Positions 47,041 to 57,637 of a DNA stretch of 60,223 nucleotides are shown in pieces. The notes under the pieces are model-generated. The model did not search any database and was not told where the DNA came from. It was given only the letters and a program-made list of their open reading frames with translations. Position 1 is the stretch's first letter; every line of letters begins with the position of its first letter. Source of the stretch: a virus (Duplodnaviria; Caudoviricetes). The position numbers and the translations under genes were made by a program. Location: positions 1 through 60,223 of the IMG/VR virus record IMGVR_UViG_3300032221_000516; one strand, given 5' to 3'.

Positions 47041-50000
47041 AGAATAATACAAAATATTTCTTAAATGAACTTAGTGTAGAAACTGGTAATTATATTGTTC
47101 ATTACTTTTTTGATCCTCTTAATTTTAGCGGTAATAACTATGTATATAATAATACGCCATATACAAATTATACTGGTTTTTATAGTGGATCAAATTTAAC
47201 AAATAATCTAAATGCTCAAACTGGCTATCTATACTTTACTGGAAATAGCAGAATAGATATAAGTTTACCAAATTTTAGTACTGAACAATTTACTTTTATA
47301 TATTCTTACGAGAAAACCAATAATAGCCCTTGCGTCCTGTTTTCTAATTTAAATACTGGCTCTAATGGCAAATATTATGGGTTTAACGTTTGCGTAAGTA
47401 ATTATAATAATATTCTTATAGAATACTATGACACTAATAATGAATTAAAGTATTTAACTACAAACTATAATTTAGATACAAAAGGTATATTATCAGTTAG
47501 AGGATACTCTAATAATATATTCGTAAGTTATTACAATGCTGCATTTGATAATTTTTATACAGAATCTTTTGAAATAGATAACAATATAACTCCAAATGTA
47601 ACAGGATCTATAGTTTTAGGTAGTGGCAAATTCTCTAACTTTCCTAACTATAGCGGTTATGTAAAAGATTTTATATTGATAGATCAAAATATCACAGACT
47701 TTCAATTAAACAATGTTATTGATCAATTTGTTTATAACTTAAGCTCTTATTATACTTTATCACTTGATAATGAATTTTATGGATATACAAATTATCCAGA
47801 AAATATTACTCATATTTTTAATAGTTATTCTGGCATAACAGGATGTTTTAGTAATCAATTTTTAGATAATACTGGAGTTATCTCTGGAAGCATAACTGGA
47901 AGTAATTACAGTTTAGACTTGACTGGTATTAGTGGTAAAGGCGCGCCAATTCCTTCTAATTTATTATCACTAAAAAATAATATACAAAAACTTCAAATTT
48001 TTGGAGCTTATGGTATATCCTCAGATGCCACAAAAGCAGTAATGGCTCTTTTAAAAGATGGAACTTTAACTGGATGGGGAGATAATTATAACGGAAGAAT
48101 AAGTGGGTCTACTGGTAATTTTAATAATTGGACAGGAACACCAGTGGGTAAATTAACTAATGTTGTAGATTTTGATTGTAAAGGAACTTCATGTTTAGCT
48201 TTATTTAGTGATGGCACAGCCACGGGTTGGGGATCTAATTATCTTGGAAACATATTTGGAACAACAGGAGATAATGATTTAAATAGTTATTTTACTGGAA
48301 TTTTTTCAGAATCTCCACTTGGACAATTAACTGATTTATCTGGTATATCTAAAGGCGAACTTTATTCTTTATTTCTAAAAAATGATGGAACATTAATCTC
48401 TTGGGGAATTAATACTCACGGTCAAGTTGCTGCTATTAATGATAGATTTTTAGGTTATCCATTAAAACTCAATATCACAGGAATATATGAAGACTATACA
48501 TATTTGTCAGGTCTAATACTAGACTATACTGGGCATTATAACTCTAAACCAGCATATAAATATATCAATGATCTTGAAAATTTTGGTCTTTCGCTTTATA
48601 ACAATACAACTGGCTGGATATTAAATTATAGTGGTTTATCTGATATTATTAATTTAACAGGTAATTCGTATGCGCCGCCAGTAACAAATAGTTTAAATCT
48701 TCCATATCAAATAGTCGTTGAAAATAGTTTAGATACGGGAATTAATGTTTTATATACTTATAATTCTACTTCTGGATATATTAATAATATAAATAATTGG
48801 AGAATATTTAGAAGTGGAATTAATTGGATTGTTTATTCTGGAGTTACAGGATATCAAAATGGTGGTGGAACTTCTTCATTATTACCATTAACTAATTGGA
48901 CTGGAATAGAAGAAAATGAGTTTTACGGTGATATTACTATCAAACCAAAATATGTTCAATTAGGTTATGTATATAATAGCGACGACGGTGGTTTTTACAG
49001 TATATTCACTGGAATATTTGCAGATAATGCAGTTGGTAAATTAACTGGAATATCTAAAATAAGTGCTGGATGGAAACAGTCTTTTGCATTAAAAAACGAT
49101 GGAACAATAACTGGATGGGGTCATAATGTTTATAAAAATGTTGACCCAAATAATTCTTCATTTATGTGGTCAGGTAATTGGAGTAATAATACTTTAAGTT
49201 TATTAACTGGAGTAATTGATATACAATCAGTTTCTGATCATACTCTTGTTTTATTTAATAACGGAAGAATAAGCGGTTGGGGCAGTAATTATTATCAAAA
49301 TTTATTTCCAGCAACTGGTGGAAATAATTTAACTGGAGTAAATAAAATCGCTGGAGGAGATCTTTTTTCTCAAGCTTTACTAAATAATAACGTACTAACT
49401 GGCTGGGGACTTACCGATAGTTATCCATTTTTTTCAATTGTAAATAATATTAAAAATTTTAATTGTGGAGAATATGGAACATATTACGAAAACATTACTG
49501 GTCAAGAAGTTAAAAATTTAGTTTCTGGTAATGCTTATTTTGTTTATAACATAGAAGTAGAAAGACCGAGTATAATAACAGAAACAATAACAACTATAGT
49601 TAGCCAAATTTCTGGTTATGAAAATCAAGTATTATTCTCTGGAGTAACTGGATATAATACTGGTTGGTATAAAGATATACCTCAATTTTGCGGAACAGGA
49701 TTTCCAATGTATCTTGTATCTGGAATTATAGGCACTATAACAGGAAATGTATTAACTGGTATTGATATCACAACATCTTCTTCAACATCTCAAGTATTAG
49801 TATTAAGTAATGAAACTTATCAAACAGGATTTTCTTCTGGAATTTATGATCCATCAAAAACAGGAAATTATGTTTATGACTTTTCGTATGTTAATGATGG
49901 ATCTCAAGTAAATATGCTTGATATTATATATCTAGATACTGGATATCATACATTACAATCTAAAAATGTATTTATAAAAGAAGATGGATATATTGCTAAT

Positions 50001-50744
50001 AAAACAACAAATTTAAATTATCTAAAAAATTATACATTAGGAAAGAATCTAGATTACTTAAATTCTCTTGGCGTAGATTTGCTATTGATAAATCAATTAA
50101 TTGATAATGATGATATTCTTGAAATATATTTGTTTAAAATTAATAGTGGATTAGATATTAATTTAAATAATTCATTATTATTAAGCAAAGCTTCTAAGAA
50201 CTTTAGATTTGCTAATACTGGCGCTAATTATTCTGTTAATGTAAATGGCGTTGGTCAAATTAGTGGATTTGATTATTTATTAACTGGTACATTAGGCTCA
50301 CCACTAGCTGCATATGACTTTTTTGATTATATAGAAGGTGATTTTGTAAAAACTGGAGAAGCTATATTTACATATACTGGTGAAACTGGTAGAATTTTGA
50401 ATAAAAAAGACTTTTTATACTTAAATGGACAAAAACTAATAAGTGGATATCATTATAATTTTAATACTCCAAATATTCAATATATTACTGGAAACATACC
50501 TGTCACAGGAATAGTTCATGCTTTTAATGTACTAATAGAATATGATAGATATACAGGCTCAATGTATAGTTTTGATTTACCTAGATTTAGTAAAAATAGT
50601 GAGTTAATTTGGCTTAATGGCATTAAGCTAAAGTCTGATAGTTATTATGAAATATCTGAAAATGATCAATTTTATAATCCAACTTTCTATGACAAAACAG
50701 ATGTAATTATATATAATAATACAGACAATTATTTCAATGAGTAA
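47037..50744 (+). CDS. tail protein with LamG-like N-terminus and RCC1-like repeats
   Basis: Repeated ALxxDGTxxGWG.N motifs; C-terminal LYLNGQKL/IWLNGIKL repeats. Confidence 0.7.
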   Translation: MKNNTKYFLNELSVETGNYIVHYFFDPLNFSGNNYVYNNTPYTNYTGFYSGSNLTNNLNAQTGYLYFTGNSRIDISLPNFSTEQFTFIYSYEKTNNSPCVLFSNLNTGSNGKYYGFNVCVSNYNNILIEYYDTNNELKYLTTNYNLDTKGILSVRGYSNNIFVSYYNAAFDNFYTESFEIDNNITPNVTGSIVLGSGKFSNFPNYSGYVKDFILIDQNITDFQLNNVIDQFVYNLSSYYTLSLDNEFYGYTNYPENITHIFNSYSGITGCFSNQFLDNTGVISGSITGSNYSLDLTGISGKGAPIPSNLLSLKNNIQKLQIFGAYGISSDATKAVMALLKDGTLTGWGDNYNGRISGSTGNFNNWTGTPVGKLTNVVDFDCKGTSCLALFSDGTATGWGSNYLGNIFGTTGDNDLNSYFTGIFSESPLGQLTDLSGISKGELYSLFLKNDGTLISWGINTHGQVAAINDRFLGYPLKLNITGIYEDYTYLSGLILDYTGHYNSKPAYKYINDLENFGLSLYNNTTGWILNYSGLSDIINLTGNSYAPPVTNSLNLPYQIVVENSLDTGINVLYTYNSTSGYINNINNWRIFRSGINWIVYSGVTGYQNGGGTSSLLPLTNWTGIEENEFYGDITIKPKYVQLGYVYNSDDGGFYSIFTGIFADNAVGKLTGISKISAGWKQSFALKNDGTITGWGHNVYKNVDPNNSSFMWSGNWSNNTLSLLTGVIDIQSVSDHTLVLFNNGRISGWGSNYYQNLFPATGGNNLTGVNKIAGGDLFSQALLNNNVLTGWGLTDSYPFFSIVNNIKNFNCGEYGTYYENITGQEVKNLVSGNAYFVYNIEVERPSIITETITTIVSQISGYENQVLFSGVTGYNTGWYKDIPQFCGTGFPMYLVSGIIGTITGNVLTGIDITTSSSTSQVLVLSNETYQTGFSSGIYDPSKTGNYVYDFSYVNDGSQVNMLDIIYLDTGYHTLQSKNVFIKEDGYIANKTTNLNYLKNYTLGKNLDYLNSLGVDLLLINQLIDNDDILEIYLFKINSGLDINLNNSLLLSKASKNFRFANTGANYSVNVNGVGQISGFDYLLTGTLGSPLAAYDFFDYIEGDFVKTGEAIFTYTGETGRILNKKDFLYLNGQKLISGYHYNFNTPNIQYITGNIPVTGIVHAFNVLIEYDRYTGSMYSFDLPRFSKNSELIWLNGIKLKSDSYYEISENDQFYNPTFYDKTDVIIYNNTDNYFNE

Positions 50745-53700
50745 AATTAAAGTAGAATCTATAACGCTAAATGGTGGTACTCAATATATGGGTGGCAGAA
50801 TATATTATTGTAATTTTTCTCCAAGTTTTAGCGAAAAGCCAAGTGAAGTTCAAATAAATGTTATCAATGAAAAAGGTTTATATCAAAAACCAAGTATAAA
50901 TTTCCAAACTCCTGTTAAAGTAAAAATTGGAAGTTTAGATCTTGGAGATATGTATCCTTATAAATATAAGAATAGATACTCTTCACAAGGAAATGTATTA
51001 GAAGTATATTTTATTGATCCAAGCTTTTTATTAGATAAAATATTCGTTGGTTTAAACGGAAAACATGGTTGGACTAAAAAAATATCTGAAAATATGGGTG
51101 TCATGTCTAAAAAAACTTTTAGTGAATTTTTAGGAATTCCAAGTTCATCATCATCATCATCGTCATCATCTTCGTCAGGCAGTCCAAATACTGCCACAGA
51201 TATTTATGAAAAAATTACAGATAATTTTTGGATTATAGGTAGACAATTTCATCCTTGTGATGAGAATAAAGATAATTTTATTACTTTTGATGAAGCATTT
51301 AATGTAGATCCTTGCGATCCATGTCCATCATGCCCAGAAGATAAGTATGATACTCGTTGTGCAGAGTTATCTTATACAACAATTTTTGAAATTGGATATT
51401 CATTTAAAGACCTTATCGAGGCTTTCGAAAGTTTTAAACCAAAACAAGGCTCTACAGAAATAACTATAGAAATTCCTCAAGGGCTATCAGGAGAAGACAA
51501 TAAAGAAAAATATGAAAAATTTTATAGAGATTATTTTGGTCCACTTAGAGAAGTATTAACTTCATGGGCGAATGATTTTGGTTTAAATTGGTTTTATGAC
51601 ATAAAAAATAAACAAATAAAATTTATAGATATTTCTACTCAAGAAATACAAGTCCCAATAGATGAAGTAATCAACACTTATAAAACAGATAAGTTGATTT
51701 CATATGAGCACGAAGTAACAGCGGAAAATACATCTCAAAGAGGAGCAATATCTTGGTATGAAAGAGGCGGAGAAAGAAAAAGTTTTAATTGTGATAAAGC
51801 AACAACAGTTATACTTTCTGCTTTATATGGAGCAGATTATTTAGGCAACAGAGAAAGAACTACTTTAAATGATAAGGAGATTAATTCAAATACTGATATA
51901 GTTGGATCGATTTTAAGAGCATATAATCCTCTACTTAGAGATTTATTTTGGCTTAGAACAATATATGATATGAAAAGTTCAAGTGATATGGTCCAATATA
52001 TTTCTGATTTTAGTGTTACAGCAAATAGTTCTAGTAGTTCTAGTAGTTTTGGAGAGAATGAAGAGTACGTTCTAGCTAATAATAAAGTTATACCAGAATA
52101 TGGAGATATGCAAATTTTAGCAGTTGTAGATTGTAATTTATCTCAAACAGACAAAGAAAAAACAACATTTCAAAAAATTGCTAATTTCGCTTATTCAGAT
52201 CTTATTTTGCAAATGAATGAGCTTGATGCAATAAAACTTGTTAATAATAGTGGGTTTTTTGTTGTTGCATACATTGATGAAGTTTCTCTAGAAAAAAGAT
52301 ATGAAATGGAAGACGATCTCTATGACTTTTTAGGAAGATTTTATGCAAGAGAAAGTCTTTTTAGACTATGTGGATTAACTGGTAATGAAGAATTTGTAAA
52401 AAATAATACAAATATAGAATCTGCAGATGGTAGTGCTCAGATATATTCTAAAAAAGATGGAATAGGAAGTCATCCATTAAGTAAATATAAGTTTTATAAA
52501 AGTGGCTATCTTGGATGTATTGTTAATAGTGGAAATGTCTCAACTTTTAATCCAGCGAAACCTGATCCAGAGGCAAAGAGTGCACCAAATTCTACTCAGG
52601 GTTTTGATCTTCAAACTTCTCAAGTTAATGGTCAAGATGTTGTTGGCTTAAAAGATACGCCTCAATCATATACAGCAGCAGAAGGTAATGCAGGATCTTT
52701 ATTTTCTGCTAAAAAATCCAACGAAACTATACCAAGATTTGAACAAACTGCAATTATACTTGATCGCGAACCAAAATGGCTTCCAGAAGTTCAATCATTC
52801 CAAGAAAACTATAATCAAAAAATTTCAGATACATTAGGTGAACTTGAATGGAAATTATTTGGTGGGAATGGAGTTCCTCCAAATTCTTCATGGATGACTT
52901 CTGCTTATGGTGGCAACACTGGCTTCATTAAGAGCGGAACCGCAGGTAAGATTAAAGTATTTATCGTAAACACAGGAGAATTTAAAGTTTACCCAGCAGT
53001 TTCTGATGATTTTGAAGGAACAGTAAGTCATCCAACAGATAAAACAGCAAATCAAACAAAAAAAATGTTAAGAAGAATTGGTGGAAAATATTCTCCTCAA
53101 ACTGCTATAGGTTTATTAAATAATAAATGCCATGAAATCAAAATAGGTGAAAGTGGAAAAAGTAATTTAGTTTTTCCTACTATATATACTCCTCCTCATA
53201 CATTAATTCCAAAAAGCAATAAAAAGTTAATAGAAAAAGATATATTAAGTGAAACTAAAAATCAAGGAGATAAAGCTACTTCTTGTGACGTAGCATTAAA
53301 GAAAGAAGATTTCAGAGTACCAGCTTATAGAGTATATGTTTCTCAATCATTCAACCAAAGTGTCACATTACCAAAAATACAAACTGGCGTAAATAGTGAT
53401 ATGAAATGCGCTGAAAATGTAAGAAGTTTTGATGTATCATATAGTAAATTAACAAATGATGATTTCAAAACATTTACAGGATCACAAGGTTATGGTTGTA
53501 TACCTAACTTAGATTATTTAACAGGTATACATACAGCTTATACTGGAAATGTTTTTTCAAATGCAACTCCAGATGATACTTTAAATCTAGAAATAAAAGG
53601 ATTACCAGATATTCAAGATTACGAAGGAGAAATTTTGAAAGGGTTAGAGAATCTTAGTATACAAATTTCAGATCAAGGTATAAACTCTAATCTTCAATAT

Positions 53701-53787
53701 GGAACAAAAATGATTAAAGGTATATCACCAGATCTTTTAAAATTCCAAAATTCGAGACGTTTTGATAGAGCAGTAAAAGGAGTATAA
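50737..53787 (+). CDS. large tail tip/hub-like protein with Cys clusters and poly-Ser inserts
   Basis: GPLREVLTSWANDFG hub-like motif; CDPCPSCP; two Ser tracts. Confidence 0.55.
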   Translation: MSKIKVESITLNGGTQYMGGRIYYCNFSPSFSEKPSEVQINVINEKGLYQKPSINFQTPVKVKIGSLDLGDMYPYKYKNRYSSQGNVLEVYFIDPSFLLDKIFVGLNGKHGWTKKISENMGVMSKKTFSEFLGIPSSSSSSSSSSSSGSPNTATDIYEKITDNFWIIGRQFHPCDENKDNFITFDEAFNVDPCDPCPSCPEDKYDTRCAELSYTTIFEIGYSFKDLIEAFESFKPKQGSTEITIEIPQGLSGEDNKEKYEKFYRDYFGPLREVLTSWANDFGLNWFYDIKNKQIKFIDISTQEIQVPIDEVINTYKTDKLISYEHEVTAENTSQRGAISWYERGGERKSFNCDKATTVILSALYGADYLGNRERTTLNDKEINSNTDIVGSILRAYNPLLRDLFWLRTIYDMKSSSDMVQYISDFSVTANSSSSSSSFGENEEYVLANNKVIPEYGDMQILAVVDCNLSQTDKEKTTFQKIANFAYSDLILQMNELDAIKLVNNSGFFVVAYIDEVSLEKRYEMEDDLYDFLGRFYARESLFRLCGLTGNEEFVKNNTNIESADGSAQIYSKKDGIGSHPLSKYKFYKSGYLGCIVNSGNVSTFNPAKPDPEAKSAPNSTQGFDLQTSQVNGQDVVGLKDTPQSYTAAEGNAGSLFSAKKSNETIPRFEQTAIILDREPKWLPEVQSFQENYNQKISDTLGELEWKLFGGNGVPPNSSWMTSAYGGNTGFIKSGTAGKIKVFIVNTGEFKVYPAVSDDFEGTVSHPTDKTANQTKKMLRRIGGKYSPQTAIGLLNNKCHEIKIGESGKSNLVFPTIYTPPHTLIPKSNKKLIEKDILSETKNQGDKATSCDVALKKEDFRVPAYRVYVSQSFNQSVTLPKIQTGVNSDMKCAENVRSFDVSYSKLTNDDFKTFTGSQGYGCIPNLDYLTGIHTAYTGNVFSNATPDDTLNLEIKGLPDIQDYEGEILKGLENLSIQISDQGINSNLQYGTKMIKGISPDLLKFQNSRRFDRAVKGV

Positions 53788-53788
53788 A

Positions 53789-55885
53789 GTGATTAGTGAT
53801 ACTTTTACTTATAGAAATTTTCTAAATCAAACTGGTGATTTTTATACTAATTGGAATATTTCAATAAATAATATCACTGGCTCTGGAAAATTCGGCATTA
53901 GCGGAAGTGGAAATACTTATGCTTATACGATAAAAAGTGGAGAAATTTATGATCCTTATAATAATTTATTAGGTTCATATGATGTAAATGAAGCTGTTTC
54001 TATACGAAACGATATTATAAATAATAAAGATAGTTTATATTATAATAATAATCCAAAGTTCTTTTTTAAGAGCGGAAGTTTTTTTAGTGGGCATGATTAT
54101 AATTACTTTTTTGTTGATCCAACTGGATTAACATTAGATTTTGATTTTTCTATCAGAGGCGAAGCTACTACATTACAAATTTCTGGTTTAAATAATAGAT
54201 CTAAAAATGACAATACAAATCAAATAACAAATATTGTTACTGGCAGAATAATCAACAGTAAACCTCAATTAAATGTTAAAATATTTGATGGATTTATAAG
54301 TAATAATCCTCAATTTACATTGTCTGGTTTGCCATTGTCATTTAATAATACTGGATATTTCTATATTATAACAGATTCTGGAACAACAGAGTTTAATAAT
54401 ACAACTTTCACGCTACCAATTACATTTAATACTAATTATGGAGTAGTGCCTTTTAATTTTAATCTAAATAATCAATATATACCATTACAATTTTCTACTC
54501 TTATCGTTACTCCAAGTGGAAATGTTAATATTTTTGATAATGAAGTTTTAAGTTTAATAGCGCAATATGGAAGTAGTAGTGGATCATATTTAGATATAGA
54601 ATTAACTTATGTAACTGGAACCACAGGATTTTTCACTGGAAATATTCTTGGAACTGGTTATGTAACTGATACAATTTCTGGAATAATTACAGGATCTGGA
54701 TTTATAGAAAAAATATTAAATACTTCAGTAATACTTACTGGATATAACCAATATGGCGCAGCTAATGACTCTGCTCCAATAACTGGAGTTACTATAAGAG
54801 AATTTATTTATGCCACAGGAAATGTAGAATATAATTATAACATAACTGGCACAGGTTTAGGTTCTGGTTATGTATATTTAACAGTTCCTTCTAGTGGACA
54901 AATTACAGTATCTGTTTCTGGTAACGTTCCTTATGTTGGTGGTGGACCTTTATTTTATACAACAGGAAATTTTAGAAGCACTGGATCTAATGTAGATATT
55001 GATGGTAATCCAATTGTAATAACTGGATTTTCTGATACCATAACAAATTCCGTGACCGTATTTTATACAGGAGATATTTCTGGAGTATTTTTAAATAATG
55101 GACAATATATATCAAAAGAATTTTCTGGATCACATACTGGATCTCTTGCTGGACTTGCTATAAGTGGAAATAAATATTATCAATTAGCAACTGGATTTGG
55201 AACTGGTCAATTTAAAACTGGAATAGTAAATGCAGATTTCTTTAGATTTTTTGAAGGAGGAAATTATTATTTTACAAAAGTAGTAACTGGAATTTCTGGA
55301 TTCTTTTCGTTAACTGATTCTTCTAGAGTTATAACTGGTCTTTCTGGATTATTGAATTGTAAAAGCAATGAAAACGCTTTTAATTATTCTGGAGTAGGAA
55401 AGATAACTGGCACAAATAATTTTAATTTATTTTTAGATGAGTGCGATAATGAAACACCAATGTTTTATTTTCTTGCAACAGGTAATCCATTAGAAGATTT
55501 TAAATTATATACTTCACAAGGAGGAAAAGTAATCGAAGAAGAAAATATACCAAAATTTATTATAATCGGTGTTACTGGAAATGAAGTAAACTTTACATAT
55601 CTTGAAAATTTACAAAATTTAACTGGTAATCCTTATGGAACTGGTATAAGAACAAGAATATCTCATCTTGGTAATACAATAAGCGGGAGTGGTTATTTTA
55701 GCGGTATATTTTCTGAAGGTGCTTGTGAAAACGAAGGAATTTGGGAGCATGAATTTATAGATTTTACAACTACAACAGGCATATACTATACAAATAATTA
55801 TATTTCAAAACATTCTTTTAAAGTAATATCCTCAGAGGATAATATAGTAGATAATTATAATTTTATTAAGTTCAATATCTTATGA
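53789..55885 (+). CDS. [S/T]G-rich virion (tail) protein
   Basis: 698 aa; GTG start with SD AGGAG; about 56 SG/TG dipeptides counted by hand. Confidence 0.6.
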   Translation: MISDTFTYRNFLNQTGDFYTNWNISINNITGSGKFGISGSGNTYAYTIKSGEIYDPYNNLLGSYDVNEAVSIRNDIINNKDSLYYNNNPKFFFKSGSFFSGHDYNYFFVDPTGLTLDFDFSIRGEATTLQISGLNNRSKNDNTNQITNIVTGRIINSKPQLNVKIFDGFISNNPQFTLSGLPLSFNNTGYFYIITDSGTTEFNNTTFTLPITFNTNYGVVPFNFNLNNQYIPLQFSTLIVTPSGNVNIFDNEVLSLIAQYGSSSGSYLDIELTYVTGTTGFFTGNILGTGYVTDTISGIITGSGFIEKILNTSVILTGYNQYGAANDSAPITGVTIREFIYATGNVEYNYNITGTGLGSGYVYLTVPSSGQITVSVSGNVPYVGGGPLFYTTGNFRSTGSNVDIDGNPIVITGFSDTITNSVTVFYTGDISGVFLNNGQYISKEFSGSHTGSLAGLAISGNKYYQLATGFGTGQFKTGIVNADFFRFFEGGNYYFTKVVTGISGFFSLTDSSRVITGLSGLLNCKSNENAFNYSGVGKITGTNNFNLFLDECDNETPMFYFLATGNPLEDFKLYTSQGGKVIEEENIPKFIIIGVTGNEVNFTYLENLQNLTGNPYGTGIRTRISHLGNTISGSGYFSGIFSEGACENEGIWEHEFIDFTTTTGIYYTNNYISKHSFKVISSEDNIVDNYNFIKFNIL

Positions 55886-55924
55886 CTAAGATAGTGTAAA
55901 ATATACAAAGGAAAAAGGAAAAAG

Positions 55925-57637
55925 ATGAGTTATCCAACTGGAATATATGGTACGCCTCCAACCTCTGGGTGTGATTCGCAAATAGCTAATTTTCAATTTA
56001 ACCTTAAAGGAGAAGATGGATTTACTCCTTTATATAATAGCAAACACAAATTTATAATATATAAAAGTGGAATTGGAACAGGTTATCTTCCAGTAACAGA
56101 AACTAATTATAATTCTTATTCTGCTGGAACAATATCAACTTCTACTGGTTTTTTTGATTCTGGCAATTATAAAACTCAAATTCGAACAATTTATAATAAT
56201 AGTGCTACAACTCCATATTATTGTAATGCTGGAGTTCAAGTTGCTAATTTAATTGATGTATCTTATAGTAATAAATCTGGATTGGCTCTATTTAAGAGTA
56301 ATAGCAGAATTCTTTTAGATACATTAATAAGATCTAATTCTGGATTAAATCAAGTTGCTAACATTCATTTTAGTGATGACATCTATACTATAACAGGACA
56401 TAATTTTACAAACAATACTGGCGTTTTCTTTAGTGGCATAAAAGCTTTAGAACCTTATCAAAAAGAAAAAGAGGGTGTTGCAATAAATGATGCTTTAGAT
56501 TATGCTATACAAAATCTTTCATGGAGTGGCAGCAAAATAAAAATTATAAATATAATAACTAATAATTTTCCATATGTTGAATCTGATGTTGAAGCTTGTG
56601 CTACTTTAGATCCTTTGTATACTCCTCCAATTGAAATAAAATATTCAACATTCTTAAATAAAATTGCTACATATAGGAATTCAAATAATATTACTTTTAA
56701 TTTTGTTTATATAGATAAAGAACTAAACTATCCTATCGATAAATCTAAATTCTTTTATAATGAAAAAGATTTAAAAACTTTTTATGCAAAAGCAGCTCAA
56801 ATTGGTAATGGAATATTTGGAGATAATGATATTTCTATTGTTGGTAATAGTCCATTGAATGCTTCTTATAAGCTTTCTAAATTACCATTTTGTCCATCTA
56901 TGCCAGTTGTACCAAGTTCTTCATCTTCTAGCAGTAGTAATTGTTGTCCAGCAGAACCAACTTGTGACATTGGAGAATTTTTAATTGTTGATTATATTGA
57001 GTATATAGAAAATTGTGGATTTTGTCCTCATTATGTTTGTTCTTCAAGTAGTAGTAGTTTACCTTGTGGAACAATTCCAAGTGGAATACAACAAAATGAT
57101 AATATTGATATAAATGCTTCTTTTATATCTTATGTTTTAAAAGACAGACTTTTAGTTTGGCTTTCTGGTTGCAATTATCAATTTGATTGTAATTTTTCTG
57201 TTGCAGATGATTTTGTTAATAATTTAGCTAGTAGTGGTTTATTGTTATTTGATAGTACTTGTATTGGAACTACTACTGATTCTGCTCCAAATTCAATTCC
57301 TTATAATTGGCAAAAGTTTGGTAATCTTATATCCGCAAACAATAATTTTACTTTCAAAAGCGGTATGTTTCCTTTGGGTATACTTGTTGTTCCAAATTGT
57401 AATGGAGGTGGAGGTGGAACAGCTTGGGTTGCGGCGATAAATGCATCAGTATCTGGTAGTGGCTTCTATGAGAAAAATCTAGAAGGTGGAGATGAAGGTT
57501 TTTGCGAATATGGAGCTATATCTGCTGCTGTAAATTTAGATTTATTAAATAATTATTTAAATTCTAATATAAATTTTAATGATGAAGATTGGTTTAATGA
57601 TGAAGATTGGTTTAATATAGAAGGATTTAATAAATGA
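55925..57637 (+). CDS. vWA-domain tail-associated protein with Ser/Cys-rich linker
   Basis: MIDAS-like DVSYS; E..AINDALDYAIQNLSW...KIINIITN is vWA-like. Confidence 0.55.
   Translation: MSYPTGIYGTPPTSGCDSQIANFQFNLKGEDGFTPLYNSKHKFIIYKSGIGTGYLPVTETNYNSYSAGTISTSTGFFDSGNYKTQIRTIYNNSATTPYYCNAGVQVANLIDVSYSNKSGLALFKSNSRILLDTLIRSNSGLNQVANIHFSDDIYTITGHNFTNNTGVFFSGIKALEPYQKEKEGVAINDALDYAIQNLSWSGSKIKIINIITNNFPYVESDVEACATLDPLYTPPIEIKYSTFLNKIATYRNSNNITFNFVYIDKELNYPIDKSKFFYNEKDLKTFYAKAAQIGNGIFGDNDISIVGNSPLNASYKLSKLPFCPSMPVVPSSSSSSSSNCCPAEPTCDIGEFLIVDYIEYIENCGFCPHYVCSSSSSSLPCGTIPSGIQQNDNIDINASFISYVLKDRLLVWLSGCNYQFDCNFSVADDFVNNLASSGLLLFDSTCIGTTTDSAPNSIPYNWQKFGNLISANNNFTFKSGMFPLGILVVPNCNGGGGGTAWVAAINASVSGSGFYEKNLEGGDEGFCEYGAISAAVNLDLLNNYLNSNINFNDEDWFNDEDWFNIEGFNK
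57575..57616 (+). repeat. 18-nt tandem duplication (FNDEDW x2)
   Basis: tttaatgatgaagattgg repeated twice plus tttaat. Confidence 0.8.

Noticed and set aside
55883-55927. 53789 and 55925 are in the same frame, suggesting read-through or stop-codon reassignment
   Set aside because: Two different stops (TGA and TAG) intervene, the gap holds a GTGTAA box and an SD-like leader, and genes throughout the window tile well with the standard code.
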